Origin: an uncultured cyanobacterium
GTDB lineage: Bacteria; Cyanobacteriota; Cyanobacteriia; Pseudanabaenales; Pseudanabaenaceae
DNA length: 64,000 nt
Direction of reading: 5' to 3'
NCBI GenBank assembly: GCA_963703315.1
Contig: OY969811.1
Span: 1,088,001 to 1,152,000, forward strand
Shown piece by piece: positions 53,430 to 62,987 of this stretch. The first letter of the stretch is position 1, and each line of letters opens with the position of its first letter. The notes beneath the pieces are model-generated. The model had not been told where the DNA came from, did no database searches, and saw nothing but the letters and a program-made list of their open reading frames with translations. Made by a program: the position numbers and the translations under genes.

Positions 53430-54356
53430 TTATTCGTTGGTTCCCAATGCCCCTGGTGAACCAGTTAAGGTTCTACGCGGTGAACAGGTGATGATGGTAA
53501 TAATTAGAGTCATGATATAGGGAGCAGCATTAAATAGGTAACGATAAGAACTAATGCCCACTGCCTGTAAAGAAGGACCGATCGCCTGTGCGCCACCAAA
53601 TAGCAACGCAGCCCATAGACAATGAATCGGTTGCCATCGCGCAAAAATAACTAGGGCAACCGCCATTAAACCCTGTCCGCTAGAGATGCGCTCTGACCAT
53701 AGCCCAGGGTAATAGAGTGATAAACTCGCGCCACCAACTCCTGCTAAAAAACTACCCGCCACGATCGCACAGGTACGCACCCCCACCACCGAAATTCCCA
53801 TTGCTCTAGCGGCACTAGGACTATCACCCACAGCCCGCACATACAGTCCCCAACGGGTTGAGCTAAAGAACCACTGCATCAAAGGCGCGATAGCAATGCC
53901 AATTAGCAATAAAGGACTGATTTTCAGGGCATCCTGCACCTGTGGATAGCTGCTCCAATTACCTAACTCAAACACAGGTAAGGGAATTGCTTTAGGTTGA
54001 ATAAATGCCTTGCCAAAGAAAAAAGCAATTCCACTACCAAAAATAATCATCGCAATGCCAACAGCAACATCACTCACCCTCGGCCGTTGTGATAACCAAG
54101 CATGAATCAGTCCCAGTCCCACACCAGCCATCCCTGCGGCAAAAACACCTAACCAAGGCGATTTGGTTAAATAGGAAACTGCATAGGCGGTCATCGCACC
54201 TGTAAGCAAGGTTCCCTCCAAACCGAGGTTAATCTTTCCTGCTTTTTCGGTAAGACATTCACCCAAGCTCACAAACAGAAATGGAGCGCTACCACGAAAT
54301 GTCCCCGCAAGAATTGCTAGAGGGACGCTCATCCAACCAAGTGTATCGTCTGCCAT
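53430..54356 (-). CDS. Nucleoside/purine-type ABC transporter permease 2
   Basis: EKAGKINLGLEG, RAVGDSP, GQGLMAVALVIF, APY. Confidence 0.88.
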   Translation of the reverse strand: MADDTLGWMSVPLAILAGTFRGSAPFLFVSLGECLTEKAGKINLGLEGTLLTGAMTAYAVSYLTKSPWLGVFAAGMAGVGLGLIHAWLSQRPRVSDVAVGIAMIIFGSGIAFFFGKAFIQPKAIPLPVFELGNWSSYPQVQDALKISPLLLIGIAIAPLMQWFFSSTRWGLYVRAVGDSPSAARAMGISVVGVRTCAIVAGSFLAGVGGASLSLYYPGLWSERISSGQGLMAVALVIFARWQPIHCLWAALLFGGAQAIGPSLQAVGISSYRYLFNAAPYIMTLIITIITCSPRRTLTGSPGALGTNE

Positions 54357-54469
54357 AGTTTTACATTTCCAGCCAAATACAAATTATCTAAACCAATAAA
54401 TAACCCGATTTTTTGTGGCGCGGCGTAGCCGCGCCACAAAAAATCGGCTCTTTATTTTCTTGTAAGTCC

Positions 54470-55558
54470 CTAAACCGCACTTGCAGAAGCATCAATTTTT
54501 ACTTCAGGTTCGCGATCTTTAAAGAAGTCTAAACGTCCATACAGAGATTCGCTAAACAGAATTGCGAGGAAAACAATGCCTTGGAAAAGTAGAACTGTGG
54601 CATCGGGCAATCCAAACGATCGCTGGAGGGCGCTACCACTTGAGAGAATACCTCCCATTAATACCGCAACTAGCACTGCTACAAGGGGATTTTGGCGAGC
54701 GATAAAGGCAACCAGAATACCGCTATATCCATAATCAGCATTGAGTGAGGCATTTGCACTTCCATGAATCGCGGCAACTTCCACCATGCCCGCTAAACCT
54801 GCACAGGAACCACCTAAGAAGGAAACGATTAATGTTAGTTTGCCAACGGGTAAACCTGCAATTTTGGCAGCACGGATGTTACCGCCAATGGTGCGAACCG
54901 CAAAGCCAAACGTAGTGCGATGAATTAGAAAATAGGCGATCGCACAGGCGACTAATCCATAAATCAATCCATAATGCACTCGCGAATTAGGAATACTTTG
55001 CAGCATATTTACGGCTGCTAAAGGGAAACTGGAAGGTTTATTTAAACTGGAAGGATCGCGCATCGGACCTTCAACTAAGGTATTGAGGACAGCGATCGCA
55101 ATGTAGTTCATCAATAAGCTACTAATGGTTTCGTTGACACCTCGATAATACTTAATCGCGCCCACAAACATAATCCAAAGTCCACCAGCAATAATCCCTG
55201 CGATTGCCATCCCAATCTGCACCATTAGTGACGGTAATGAGGCTAGGGCTAAACCCATCGCAATCGCCCCTAACCCACCAACAATCAGCGCACCTTCATT
55301 ACCAATGATCGTCAAGCCCAACATCGCAGGTAAAGCGGTACAGAGCGATGTCAGCATCAGAGGAGCCGACCGAATTAAAGTACCTTGCCAAGAGAAACTG
55401 TTCCCAAAAGCAGATTGATAGATCGTTCCATAAATTGCCAGTGGATTCTTGCCCTGCATAGCACAAAAAATCCCGAAGACAACTAACGAAGCAATGACTG
55501 CTCCAATCGGAATGAGAATATTCTCAGAGGTCGAACGCCAGCGATCGCGTAAATTCAT
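54470..55558 (-). CDS. Nucleoside/purine-type ABC transporter permease 1
   Basis: IGNEG, VNETISSLLMNY, GGNIRAA, YGYSGILVA. Start placed at ATG 55558; the ORF-track extension runs through an intergenic hairpin. Confidence 0.88.
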   Translation of the reverse strand: MNLRDRWRSTSENILIPIGAVIASLVVFGIFCAMQGKNPLAIYGTIYQSAFGNSFSWQGTLIRSAPLMLTSLCTALPAMLGLTIIGNEGALIVGGLGAIAMGLALASLPSLMVQIGMAIAGIIAGGLWIMFVGAIKYYRGVNETISSLLMNYIAIAVLNTLVEGPMRDPSSLNKPSSFPLAAVNMLQSIPNSRVHYGLIYGLVACAIAYFLIHRTTFGFAVRTIGGNIRAAKIAGLPVGKLTLIVSFLGGSCAGLAGMVEVAAIHGSANASLNADYGYSGILVAFIARQNPLVAVLVAVLMGGILSSGSALQRSFGLPDATVLLFQGIVFLAILFSESLYGRLDFFKDREPEVKIDASASAV

Positions 55559-55640
55559 ATACTTATGGCTATTTTGTAATAGTTGATATTCAATCATGTA
55601 GAGAAGAACCGCATTGCGGTTCTTCTCTACATGATTGGAT

Positions 55641-56837
55641 TTAGCTCTTAACGCTACCAATAACTCCTTCTACAAACCAATCCATCTTTTCCAGATCAAT
55701 ATCCGTTTGCTTGTATTCTTTACCCTTGGCAATCACAACCTTGCCAGTATTGTCTTTCATCTCACCAGCATAGATCACCATGCTGCCATCCATGAACTTC
55801 GCCATCACCTTCTCTGCTTCCTTCTTCGTTGCTGCACTCACCGCACTGCCAAAGGGAGAGATTTTACAGAACTTTTCTTTTAGTCCACCACGTAATAGGT
55901 GTGGAATACCTCCATCAGTAACCGACTTACCAGCCTTGAACCATTCCACGTATTGAGTATATACGCTAGTCCAATCCCATTCTGCACCTGTTAGATAACC
56001 ATTAGGAGCAAGCTTCGACTGATTGGCATGATAACCAGTACAGAAGATCTTACGTTTCTCCGCAGTTTCCATCACCACCTTGGGGCTATCTACGTGACAG
56101 GTTAATACATCTACGCCTTGGTCAACCATGCTATTAGCAGCTTCTGCTTCCTTCACAGGAACCGACCAATCACCCGTAAAAATAACTTGCACTGTTGCCT
56201 TAGGATTGACACTACGAGCGCCAAGAGTGTAGCTATTAATGTTGCGAACTACCTGTGGAATTGGTTTTGCAGCCACAAATCCTAATTTGCCCAATTTGGT
56301 CGTCAGACCCGCAACCACTCCTGCAATATATTCTGCTTCATCAATGTAGCCATAATAGCTGCCAATGTTTTTAGGATGTTTACCTTCTGTATACATACCG
56401 CCACAATGGAAGAATTGTACCTTGGGATTATCTGCCGCAACTTTGAGAATATGGGGATCAAAATAACCAAAGGATGTCGGAAATAGTGCAGAAACTTTAT
56501 CTTGATTAATCATGCTTAGCATCGTTTCCTGCACTGTCGCAGTTTCAGCAACACTAGCTTCACTTATGGTCTTGACATTAGGCAATTTGGCGATCGCTTG
56601 TTCACCTTCATAGTGAGCTTGACTGTAGCCAAAATCATCCTTAGGTCCTACATAGATAAACCCAATAGTTGACAATGCTGCCGTCGGCGATCCTGATGTA
56701 TTCGGAGATCCTGTAGTAGCAGTATTTGTAGGTGCTTGCTCAGTGCAACCTACCCAAAGTTGAGAAGTTGCTCCAAAAGCTGCTGTAGCGATCGCGCCTC
56801 GAATAAACTTGCGACGGGGAATATAGATTGGACTCAT
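55641..56837 (-). CDS. BMP-family ABC transporter substrate-binding lipoprotein with Tat-like signal
   Basis: PRRKFIRG twin-arginine motif, LWVGC lipobox, GFIYVGPKDDFGY, TSFGY; likely ATG 56837. Confidence 0.88.
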   Translation of the reverse strand: MSPIYIPRRKFIRGAIATAAFGATSQLWVGCTEQAPTNTATTGSPNTSGSPTAALSTIGFIYVGPKDDFGYSQAHYEGEQAIAKLPNVKTISEASVAETATVQETMLSMINQDKVSALFPTSFGYFDPHILKVAADNPKVQFFHCGGMYTEGKHPKNIGSYYGYIDEAEYIAGVVAGLTTKLGKLGFVAAKPIPQVVRNINSYTLGARSVNPKATVQVIFTGDWSVPVKEAEAANSMVDQGVDVLTCHVDSPKVVMETAEKRKIFCTGYHANQSKLAPNGYLTGAEWDWTSVYTQYVEWFKAGKSVTDGGIPHLLRGGLKEKFCKISPFGSAVSAATKKEAEKVMAKFMDGSMVIYAGEMKDNTGKVVIAKGKEYKQTDIDLEKMDWFVEGVIGSVKS

Positions 56838-56931
56838 GCCTTCACACCTTTTCAAGATTGAATGTTCTGAGAGTTAAGAAAGAAATACTACATAGAAATC
56901 TACAATGCTCATGAAGTTATCAAATATCATT

Positions 56932-56947
56932 TGTAACAAATGTATCA
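56932..56947. promoter_or_regulatory. Possible NtcA-like site (GTA-N8-ATC variant)
   Basis: tgtaacaaatgtatca, ~95 nt upstream of the BMP gene; near-identical tgtaacaaatgcatca at 3905-3920. Confidence 0.35.
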
Positions 56948-56961
56948 CTAACTACTTGAGA

Positions 56962-57191
56962 TATACAGCAAAGCAAGCAAGGTACAGAAGATTGTTTCCC
57001 CGCCAAAGGTGGGGAAACAATCCCGTACTTCACTAGAGTGTGAAATGCTATAGCGATCGCCATTTGTATAAATACCAGAAGAGGAATAGCGCCGCTATTC
57101 CTCTTCTGGGGTTGTGTCCTAACAAGACTAGCGACAGTTATCTAAAAACCCCAAAAGATAGGTGCAACGTTGCACCTATCTTTTGGGGTTT
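56962..57191. repeat. Cluster of miniature palindromic elements downstream of the porin gene
   Basis: ttgtttccccgcc/ggtggggaaacaa element (like 43559-43653), ccagaagaggaatagc/gctattcctcttctgg element, and aaaccccaaaagataggtgca/tgcacctatcttttggggttt. Confidence 0.65.
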
Positions 57192-57194
57192 GAC

Positions 57195-58913
57195 TTAGAA
57201 ACTAAACACTGCTTGCAGGTTACCAACAAAGATAGTTGGGTTACTACTGAAGTTATTAGGATTAAAGATGAAATAAGCAGAGGGAACTATAGAAATGTTC
57301 TTAGTGACAGGATAGATGTAAGACAGTTCAAGATCGTACTGAGTGCCACCATTGCCATTACCAGCTACAGGAAGAGTTCCAGTGTACTTAAATGGCATTC
57401 CAAAGGAAATCATTGCTTGAGCGCCATCCTTGAATAAATCAGGGAATGCTAAGCCAAATTGGAATGTGTTAATAATAGCGTTCCCCAAAGAGACACTACC
57501 AGTTTTGACGTTGGTTGTACCGTAGCCATAACGACCAAACACACCAAATCCTTTGGTAACTAGCCAATCAAAGTTCGCAACAAAATTGTCAGATTGTCCA
57601 TTGTTACCAGTAAATGTACCAGGTAAGAAGCCTGCACCACCGATAGTAGTACCACCACCACCAGGATTCTCAACGTTGGCACGACTATAAATCAGTCTCA
57701 ACTTAAATGAGTCGCTGGGTTTAAATCCAAGTTCGGCAGTGATAGCACTAGAGCCACCAAATAGACCTTTGTTTGGGTTGGAAGCAGCATTGGGGCTAGA
57801 AAACTCAAGGCTTTCAGACAAGTAACCAACCTTGAAATCAAAGTAGTCACCCAATGGAGTCATGAAAATCGCACCAGCACCACGCTTAGCTGTGGTTAGC
57901 AAAGAGCTATTGATGGAGTTAAAAGTGGTGTTCCAAGGATAGAGGAAACGGTTGCCATCAAAGTACTTGTAGAAGTTAAGGCGAGGACCAACAACAAAAC
58001 TAGCTTTTTCAAATACTGGGAACTGATAGGACAACTCACGTAATACAAAAGTATTGGCTGCTGCACCCGCCGTTTGATCAGTAAAAGGAGTACCAGTTGA
58101 GTTGAAGAATCCATTGGATAAGTATTCATTCGCAGGCGAGCTACCGTTACCAACGGCTAGCTGAGTCACTAATGAATCTTTGCCAGTGAAAGAAGTATTT
58201 AAAGTCAACCAAACTAGACCACTCATGGTCACATTGGGTCTCGTCGCAGGTGATGGTAATCCTTCCCTTGCAACAGTTCCACTGGTTGCACCTGTGACAT
58301 TAAAGAATGCCAAACCACTGAGCTTAGTAGTTGTGGAGAATTGTTGAGCTTCTAGTTTAGCAACCTTAGCATCTAGAGCATCAACCCGACCGCGCAAAGT
58401 CGCTAGTTCCGCAGCAAATTCTTCTTGCAGCTTTTGGAGAGTAGCGAGATCTTCTTTGCTGACCTTATCAGCTAGACCTGCGGAAATGATTTCGTTGATC
58501 TTGTCTAAGCAAGCATTTAAACCTGCGGCGAACTCATAACGGCTGGTTGCTTGCTTGCCGCGAAATGTGCGATCAGGATAACCTGCAATACATCCATATC
58601 GCTCTACTAGAGATTGCAAGGCGGTAAATGCCCAATCGGTAGGCTTTACGTCACTCAATTGTGAGACAGAAGTGACATTTTGCGCGACGTTATTTTTAGA
58701 CCGTAATAGTTCAGTATTAATTGTCCGAATTGTTTCTGATTCACTCAACTTCACTTCGGTTACAGGCATTGAAGACTGTAAAGTTGGTACGGAAGTTGGA
58801 ACTGAAGCTTGAGATTGGACTTGTGATTGACTTACAGTTTCGGCATTTGCACCTGTAGCTGTAGCAAGGACACTTAGCCCCAATAGAATTGAGAAATTAC
58901 TGACTTTTTTCAT
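57195..58913 (-). CDS. SLH-domain outer membrane porin (OprB/SomA-like)
   Basis: Signal peptide, VTSVSQLSDVKPTDWAF SLH, FSTTTKLSG, beta-barrel ending in Phe. Confidence 0.93.
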   Translation of the reverse strand: MKKVSNFSILLGLSVLATATGANAETVSQSQVQSQASVPTSVPTLQSSMPVTEVKLSESETIRTINTELLRSKNNVAQNVTSVSQLSDVKPTDWAFTALQSLVERYGCIAGYPDRTFRGKQATSRYEFAAGLNACLDKINEIISAGLADKVSKEDLATLQKLQEEFAAELATLRGRVDALDAKVAKLEAQQFSTTTKLSGLAFFNVTGATSGTVAREGLPSPATRPNVTMSGLVWLTLNTSFTGKDSLVTQLAVGNGSSPANEYLSNGFFNSTGTPFTDQTAGAAANTFVLRELSYQFPVFEKASFVVGPRLNFYKYFDGNRFLYPWNTTFNSINSSLLTTAKRGAGAIFMTPLGDYFDFKVGYLSESLEFSSPNAASNPNKGLFGGSSAITAELGFKPSDSFKLRLIYSRANVENPGGGGTTIGGAGFLPGTFTGNNGQSDNFVANFDWLVTKGFGVFGRYGYGTTNVKTGSVSLGNAIINTFQFGLAFPDLFKDGAQAMISFGMPFKYTGTLPVAGNGNGGTQYDLELSYIYPVTKNISIVPSAYFIFNPNNFSSNPTIFVGNLQAVFSF

Positions 58914-59067
58914 TCCTTCACACCATTAAAGAAATATGACTGATACTTAATATCGAGTAAATAAAATACGACTGCTGCGCGATCGCAGGACTTACTCATA
59001 TTAGTTAGAAGCTATCTATTGAAAACTAACAAACTAGGATAAAGGCAAATGTATTAGAGAATACATT

Positions 59068-59445
59068 CTAGTCCCACTCTTCATCCCAATCGTCATCAAA
59101 ATCATCTTTTTTAATGTTTTTATTAGTTCTAGAAGTATCCTTCTGCACTGTTTTTTTTACTTCTTTTGATGTTTTGGTTGCCGATGATGACTTTGAGAAA
59201 GAATTTCTAGGAGAAAAGCCAGAAAAATTCGGAACAGTTGGTAAATCAAGACTTATGGAAGTTTGCCAGAAAGTCACAAATATGGCTCCTAAACCTCCAC
59301 AAAAAACTAATAATAGTCCTAGCGGTAACTTAATGGATTCCAAACTCAAAAATCTAATATTAACTAGATAGGTATTTTGAGTTGCAAAAATAGCGATCGC
59401 CATTGATGTAATCCATAAGAATATATACAGAGATAATCGAATCAT
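59068..59445 (-). CDS. LapA/DUF1049-family membrane protein
   Basis: Two TM helices around IFATQN...V.IRFL...LPLGLLL; acidic tail. Confidence 0.7.
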   Translation of the reverse strand: MIRLSLYIFLWITSMAIAIFATQNTYLVNIRFLSLESIKLPLGLLLVFCGGLGAIFVTFWQTSISLDLPTVPNFSGFSPRNSFSKSSSATKTSKEVKKTVQKDTSRTNKNIKKDDFDDDWDEEWD

Positions 59446-59638
59446 TAGATCTATGGGGAATCAGAGCAATTGCCCTTGATTTTACTGCGCGTCCCTGAAT
59501 CTCTCCAAAAAATTAATTTATGTTTGTATTGTCAAATTCTGATTTGTCAGCTATATTACATTTCAGGTTGAATAAACCTTCGGTGTCAAGCCGAATCACA
59601 CTTGATAATAAACATTTAGACAACAGGAGGTGATGCCC

Positions 59639-59713
59639 ATGCAATCAGATAGTAGTAACGGTAAACGTATGGGTCTTCAGGTTTCCGAGCTGTGTGCTGG
59701 GGCTGTTCTGTAA
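59639..59713 (+). CDS. Candidate 24-aa small ORF within a structured transcript
   Basis: AGGAGGTGAT at 59625-59634, then ATG...TAA = MQSDSSNGKRMGLQVSELCAGAVL. Confidence 0.4.
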   Translation: MQSDSSNGKRMGLQVSELCAGAVL

Positions 59714-59803
59714 GGTGATTTAGTCTATTATCTCTAGTTCGCTAGCCTAATTTACTAGTAAACCTGAGATCCTTCCAGCAGTTGACTGTGACCTAAAGAT
59801 CCA

Positions 59804-59862
59804 AAGTATTCCGAAACAAAAAGACCTAGCCAATGGCTAGGTCTTTTTGTTTCGGAATACTT
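59804..59862. terminator. Perfect 29-bp-arm palindrome, likely bidirectional terminator
   Basis: aagtattccgaaacaaaaagacctagcca-a-tggctaggtctttttgtttcggaatactt. Confidence 0.75.
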
Positions 59863-59943
59863 CTTTTCCCAATAGACGCGAAAACTAAATCCAGTAAAGA
59901 TTTTCCAAAATTAAAAATGGCTACGCCATTTTTAATTTTGGTA

Positions 59944-61035
59944 TTAAGCACTAGTCAGGAATAAAATCACATCGCCTTCCTGCACCACATATTCTTTACC
60001 TTCACTGCGGAGCAATCCTTTAGCACGGGCAGCACTCATTGCGCCACATTCCACCAGATCTTTAAAGGCAACAGTTTCAGCACGAATAAAGGCTTTCTCG
60101 AAATCAGAGTGAATCACACCTGCGGCTTGGGGGGCTTTCATGCCAGCATGAATTGTCCATGCACGGGCTTCTTTTGGACCGACGGTGAAGTAGGTACGAA
60201 GTCCTAAAAGATGATAGGTTGCCCGAATTAAGGACTTTAAACCGCCTTCTTTAACTCCAAGTGATTCCAAAAAATCCTGACGCTCATCATCTGGAAGTTC
60301 TAGAAGCTCAGCTTCAACTTGTGCCGAGACAATGGTTACTTCGGCATTCTCAGCATCCGCGATCGCCTTAACTTTATCAACAAAAGCATTGCCTGTGGCT
60401 AGATCATCTTCAGAGACATTAGCTGCATAAATTGTGGGCTTCAGGGTAAGTAACTGCAAGACAGAAATCGCTTCTTTCTCTTCATCAGTGAGATTGGCTA
60501 GACGGGCAGGTTTACCAGCATCAAGAGTCTCACGCACTTTTTCAAGGGCAGCTAATTCAACTTTGGCATCAGCATCGGCGCGGGCAGCTTTACGAGTACG
60601 CTCAATGCGGCGATCGACTTGCGATAAGTCAGATAGAGCGAGTTCTAGGGTAATAATTTCAATATCACGGGCAGGATCGATGGAGGCTTCAACGTGAATG
60701 ATGTCGTCATTTTCAAAACAACGCACGACATGAACGATCGCATCACATACTCGAATATTTCCTAAAAATTGATTTCCTAGCCCTTCACCCTTACTTGCGC
60801 CTCTGACTAGTCCCGCTATATCGACAAATTCGACTCTGGTCGGGATAATTTGGGCAGACTTACCGATTTCAGCGAGCGTATTCAGGCGATCGTCAGGGAC
60901 GGACACCGAGCCAACGTTGGGTTCGATCGTACAAAAGGGAAAGTTTGCTGCTTCCGCTTTGGCATTGGCAACTAGAGCATTAAATAAAGTAGACTTCCCC
61001 ACATTGGGTAGTCCGACAATCCCAGCTTTGAGCAT
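59944..61035 (-). CDS. ychF: Ribosome-binding ATPase YchF
   Basis: GIVGLPNVGKSTLFNA, ANFPFCTIEPN, DIAGLV, GVIHSDF, EGKEYVVQEGD. Confidence 0.97.
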   Translation of the reverse strand: MLKAGIVGLPNVGKSTLFNALVANAKAEAANFPFCTIEPNVGSVSVPDDRLNTLAEIGKSAQIIPTRVEFVDIAGLVRGASKGEGLGNQFLGNIRVCDAIVHVVRCFENDDIIHVEASIDPARDIEIITLELALSDLSQVDRRIERTRKAARADADAKVELAALEKVRETLDAGKPARLANLTDEEKEAISVLQLLTLKPTIYAANVSEDDLATGNAFVDKVKAIADAENAEVTIVSAQVEAELLELPDDERQDFLESLGVKEGGLKSLIRATYHLLGLRTYFTVGPKEARAWTIHAGMKAPQAAGVIHSDFEKAFIRAETVAFKDLVECGAMSAARAKGLLRSEGKEYVVQEGDVILFLTSA

Positions 61036-61274
61036 GATGGCTATCTAAACGAAAACTTTTTTGACTTGTGCTTATAAATTTTGTCACAAAAGTCTCATCA
61101 AGTGAGACTTTTAGCAAAATTCATAGGAATTTGAAAACCAGTTTTTTATGGTGCGGCTTCGCCGCACCATAAAAAACTGATTCTTTATTAAATCGTCAAA
61201 CCCTTAAGCATTAGCATGGTATTTTTTGTATCTTCGATTGATTGTAAAAACTTTAGACAACGGTTAGATTAAAA

Positions 61275-62495
61275 GTGGCAAAGAACGAAGAATCAAAGAT
61301 GCAAGGCTCCAATCGCTCTCTTGTTGCAAATATTGTGATTGTTATCGTCAGTGTCGGATTGATTGCTTGGGCAATTCGTTTACTACAATCAAAATTTACT
61401 TCTGTTGCAAGTTTAGATGCAGTCGTTAATGGTGTCGTCATTGATATCAAAACACCACAAGAAGGTATTATCAAATCTTTAAATGCAGATACAGGTAGCA
61501 TTATTGAAAAAGATAGTATTTTGTTGTCTGTTGAAAATGACCAAGTTAGCAATCTTCAAGTCAAGCAAACTATGAGTCGTCTGAGTAGTCAGCAATCCCA
61601 ACTTGCTAGCGCCGAAGGACAACTTAATCAATTACTGAGTTTAACGGAGTTATTGCAATCAGATAGCCAAAATCAAAAGCGCCTTGAGGTGACGGAGTAC
61701 GACGATCGCATTGATCAATTTGAGTCAGATCTGAGAGGTGCGATCGCCCGTTCTCAACTTGCTCAAGTTAATTATGATCGTGCAGTTTTCCTTAATAAGG
61801 AAGGAGCTTATTCTCAAGCTGTTCTTGACCTCGCTAAGGCTGAGCTTCAGGCGCGTAAATCTGAAGTTGAGAGTCTTGAAGCCCGTAGGCAAAGTATACT
61901 TGCTAATCGAGAAGCAGCTTCCATAGGGCTAACTCTTGAGCGTACTCGTAGTAACTATGATCCCCGTGTTCGATTAGAAGAAGTTCAGTTACAAATCGAT
62001 AATCAACAACGCACGATCGCTGCCTTGCGTCAAAGCATTGCTGATGCTCAAGGTGAACTTATTGAAGCTAAAGCCGATGTTGAGCGTCGCCGTAACGCGA
62101 TCGTCAAAGCCCCTGTATCTGGAGTAATTTGGAAACTGGATGCTCGTAAAGGACAACTGGTTCGTCAAGAGCAGTCTGTAGGACAGATGCTCGATTGTTC
62201 TAGACGTTGGGTAGATGTATATGTCGAAGAACAGTCGGTTGAGGCAATTCAGATTGGTATGCCTGCCAAAATAGAGTTATATGGTTCGAGAAATCTGGTT
62301 TTAAACGGTACTGTCAGTCTGATTCGCTCTGGTTTAGGACGCTTTAACGCTGGGGAAGATGTTGCCATTACAATTCCCCAAAATTTACCACGCACAACAC
62401 AGGTAAGAGTTGACCTTGATAAAAATTCTGATTTAGGCGCTCCTAAAGTCTTTTGCTATGTTGGCTATACAGGCAAAGTGACGCTAAACAAATAA
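61275..62495 (+). CDS. HlyD-family membrane fusion protein
   Basis: N-terminal TM, lipoyl half-motifs (IKTPQEGII, VKAPVSGVI) around a long coiled coil, C-terminal CYVGYTGKV. Confidence 0.85.
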   Translation: MAKNEESKMQGSNRSLVANIVIVIVSVGLIAWAIRLLQSKFTSVASLDAVVNGVVIDIKTPQEGIIKSLNADTGSIIEKDSILLSVENDQVSNLQVKQTMSRLSSQQSQLASAEGQLNQLLSLTELLQSDSQNQKRLEVTEYDDRIDQFESDLRGAIARSQLAQVNYDRAVFLNKEGAYSQAVLDLAKAELQARKSEVESLEARRQSILANREAASIGLTLERTRSNYDPRVRLEEVQLQIDNQQRTIAALRQSIADAQGELIEAKADVERRRNAIVKAPVSGVIWKLDARKGQLVRQEQSVGQMLDCSRRWVDVYVEEQSVEAIQIGMPAKIELYGSRNLVLNGTVSLIRSGLGRFNAGEDVAITIPQNLPRTTQVRVDLDKNSDLGAPKVFCYVGYTGKVTLNK

Positions 62496-62987
62496 TTATT
62501 TTCATTTGGCGCTGAATTAAACCCCAAAGCAATTTTTAAAATTGCCGCTTCGCAGTACTTTTAAAAATTGCTTTGTAATTAGCTGGGCATAATTAAGAAA
62601 ACAGATCTAAAACCTGTGGCGCAAGCTGCTCGTGCGCCACAGGTTTTAGGAGGCAAGTTACTTATGTAACTTTTGAATAACCTTGTCAATACTGAAGTCG
62701 ATATATATAGCAATCTTTATAACTTTTATATAACTTTAAGCGATTGCCAGACTAATTGATGTCAAAGATAATGAAACTGCTTGGGATTAGGAATCTATAA
62801 ATTTGAGCTTAGACCTTTGAAGAGCATTTTAATATAACAGTTTATAGTTTTTGATGCCTGTATATGTTTGAGAGGGTAGCAAAAATGAGCGTTTCAGAGA
62901 AACTTTAAAGTAATTCAATACGGGTCTGGTTATAGATCATCTGCGATAAATTGCAATTTCAATCTATTACATAATCACTTTAAATAT

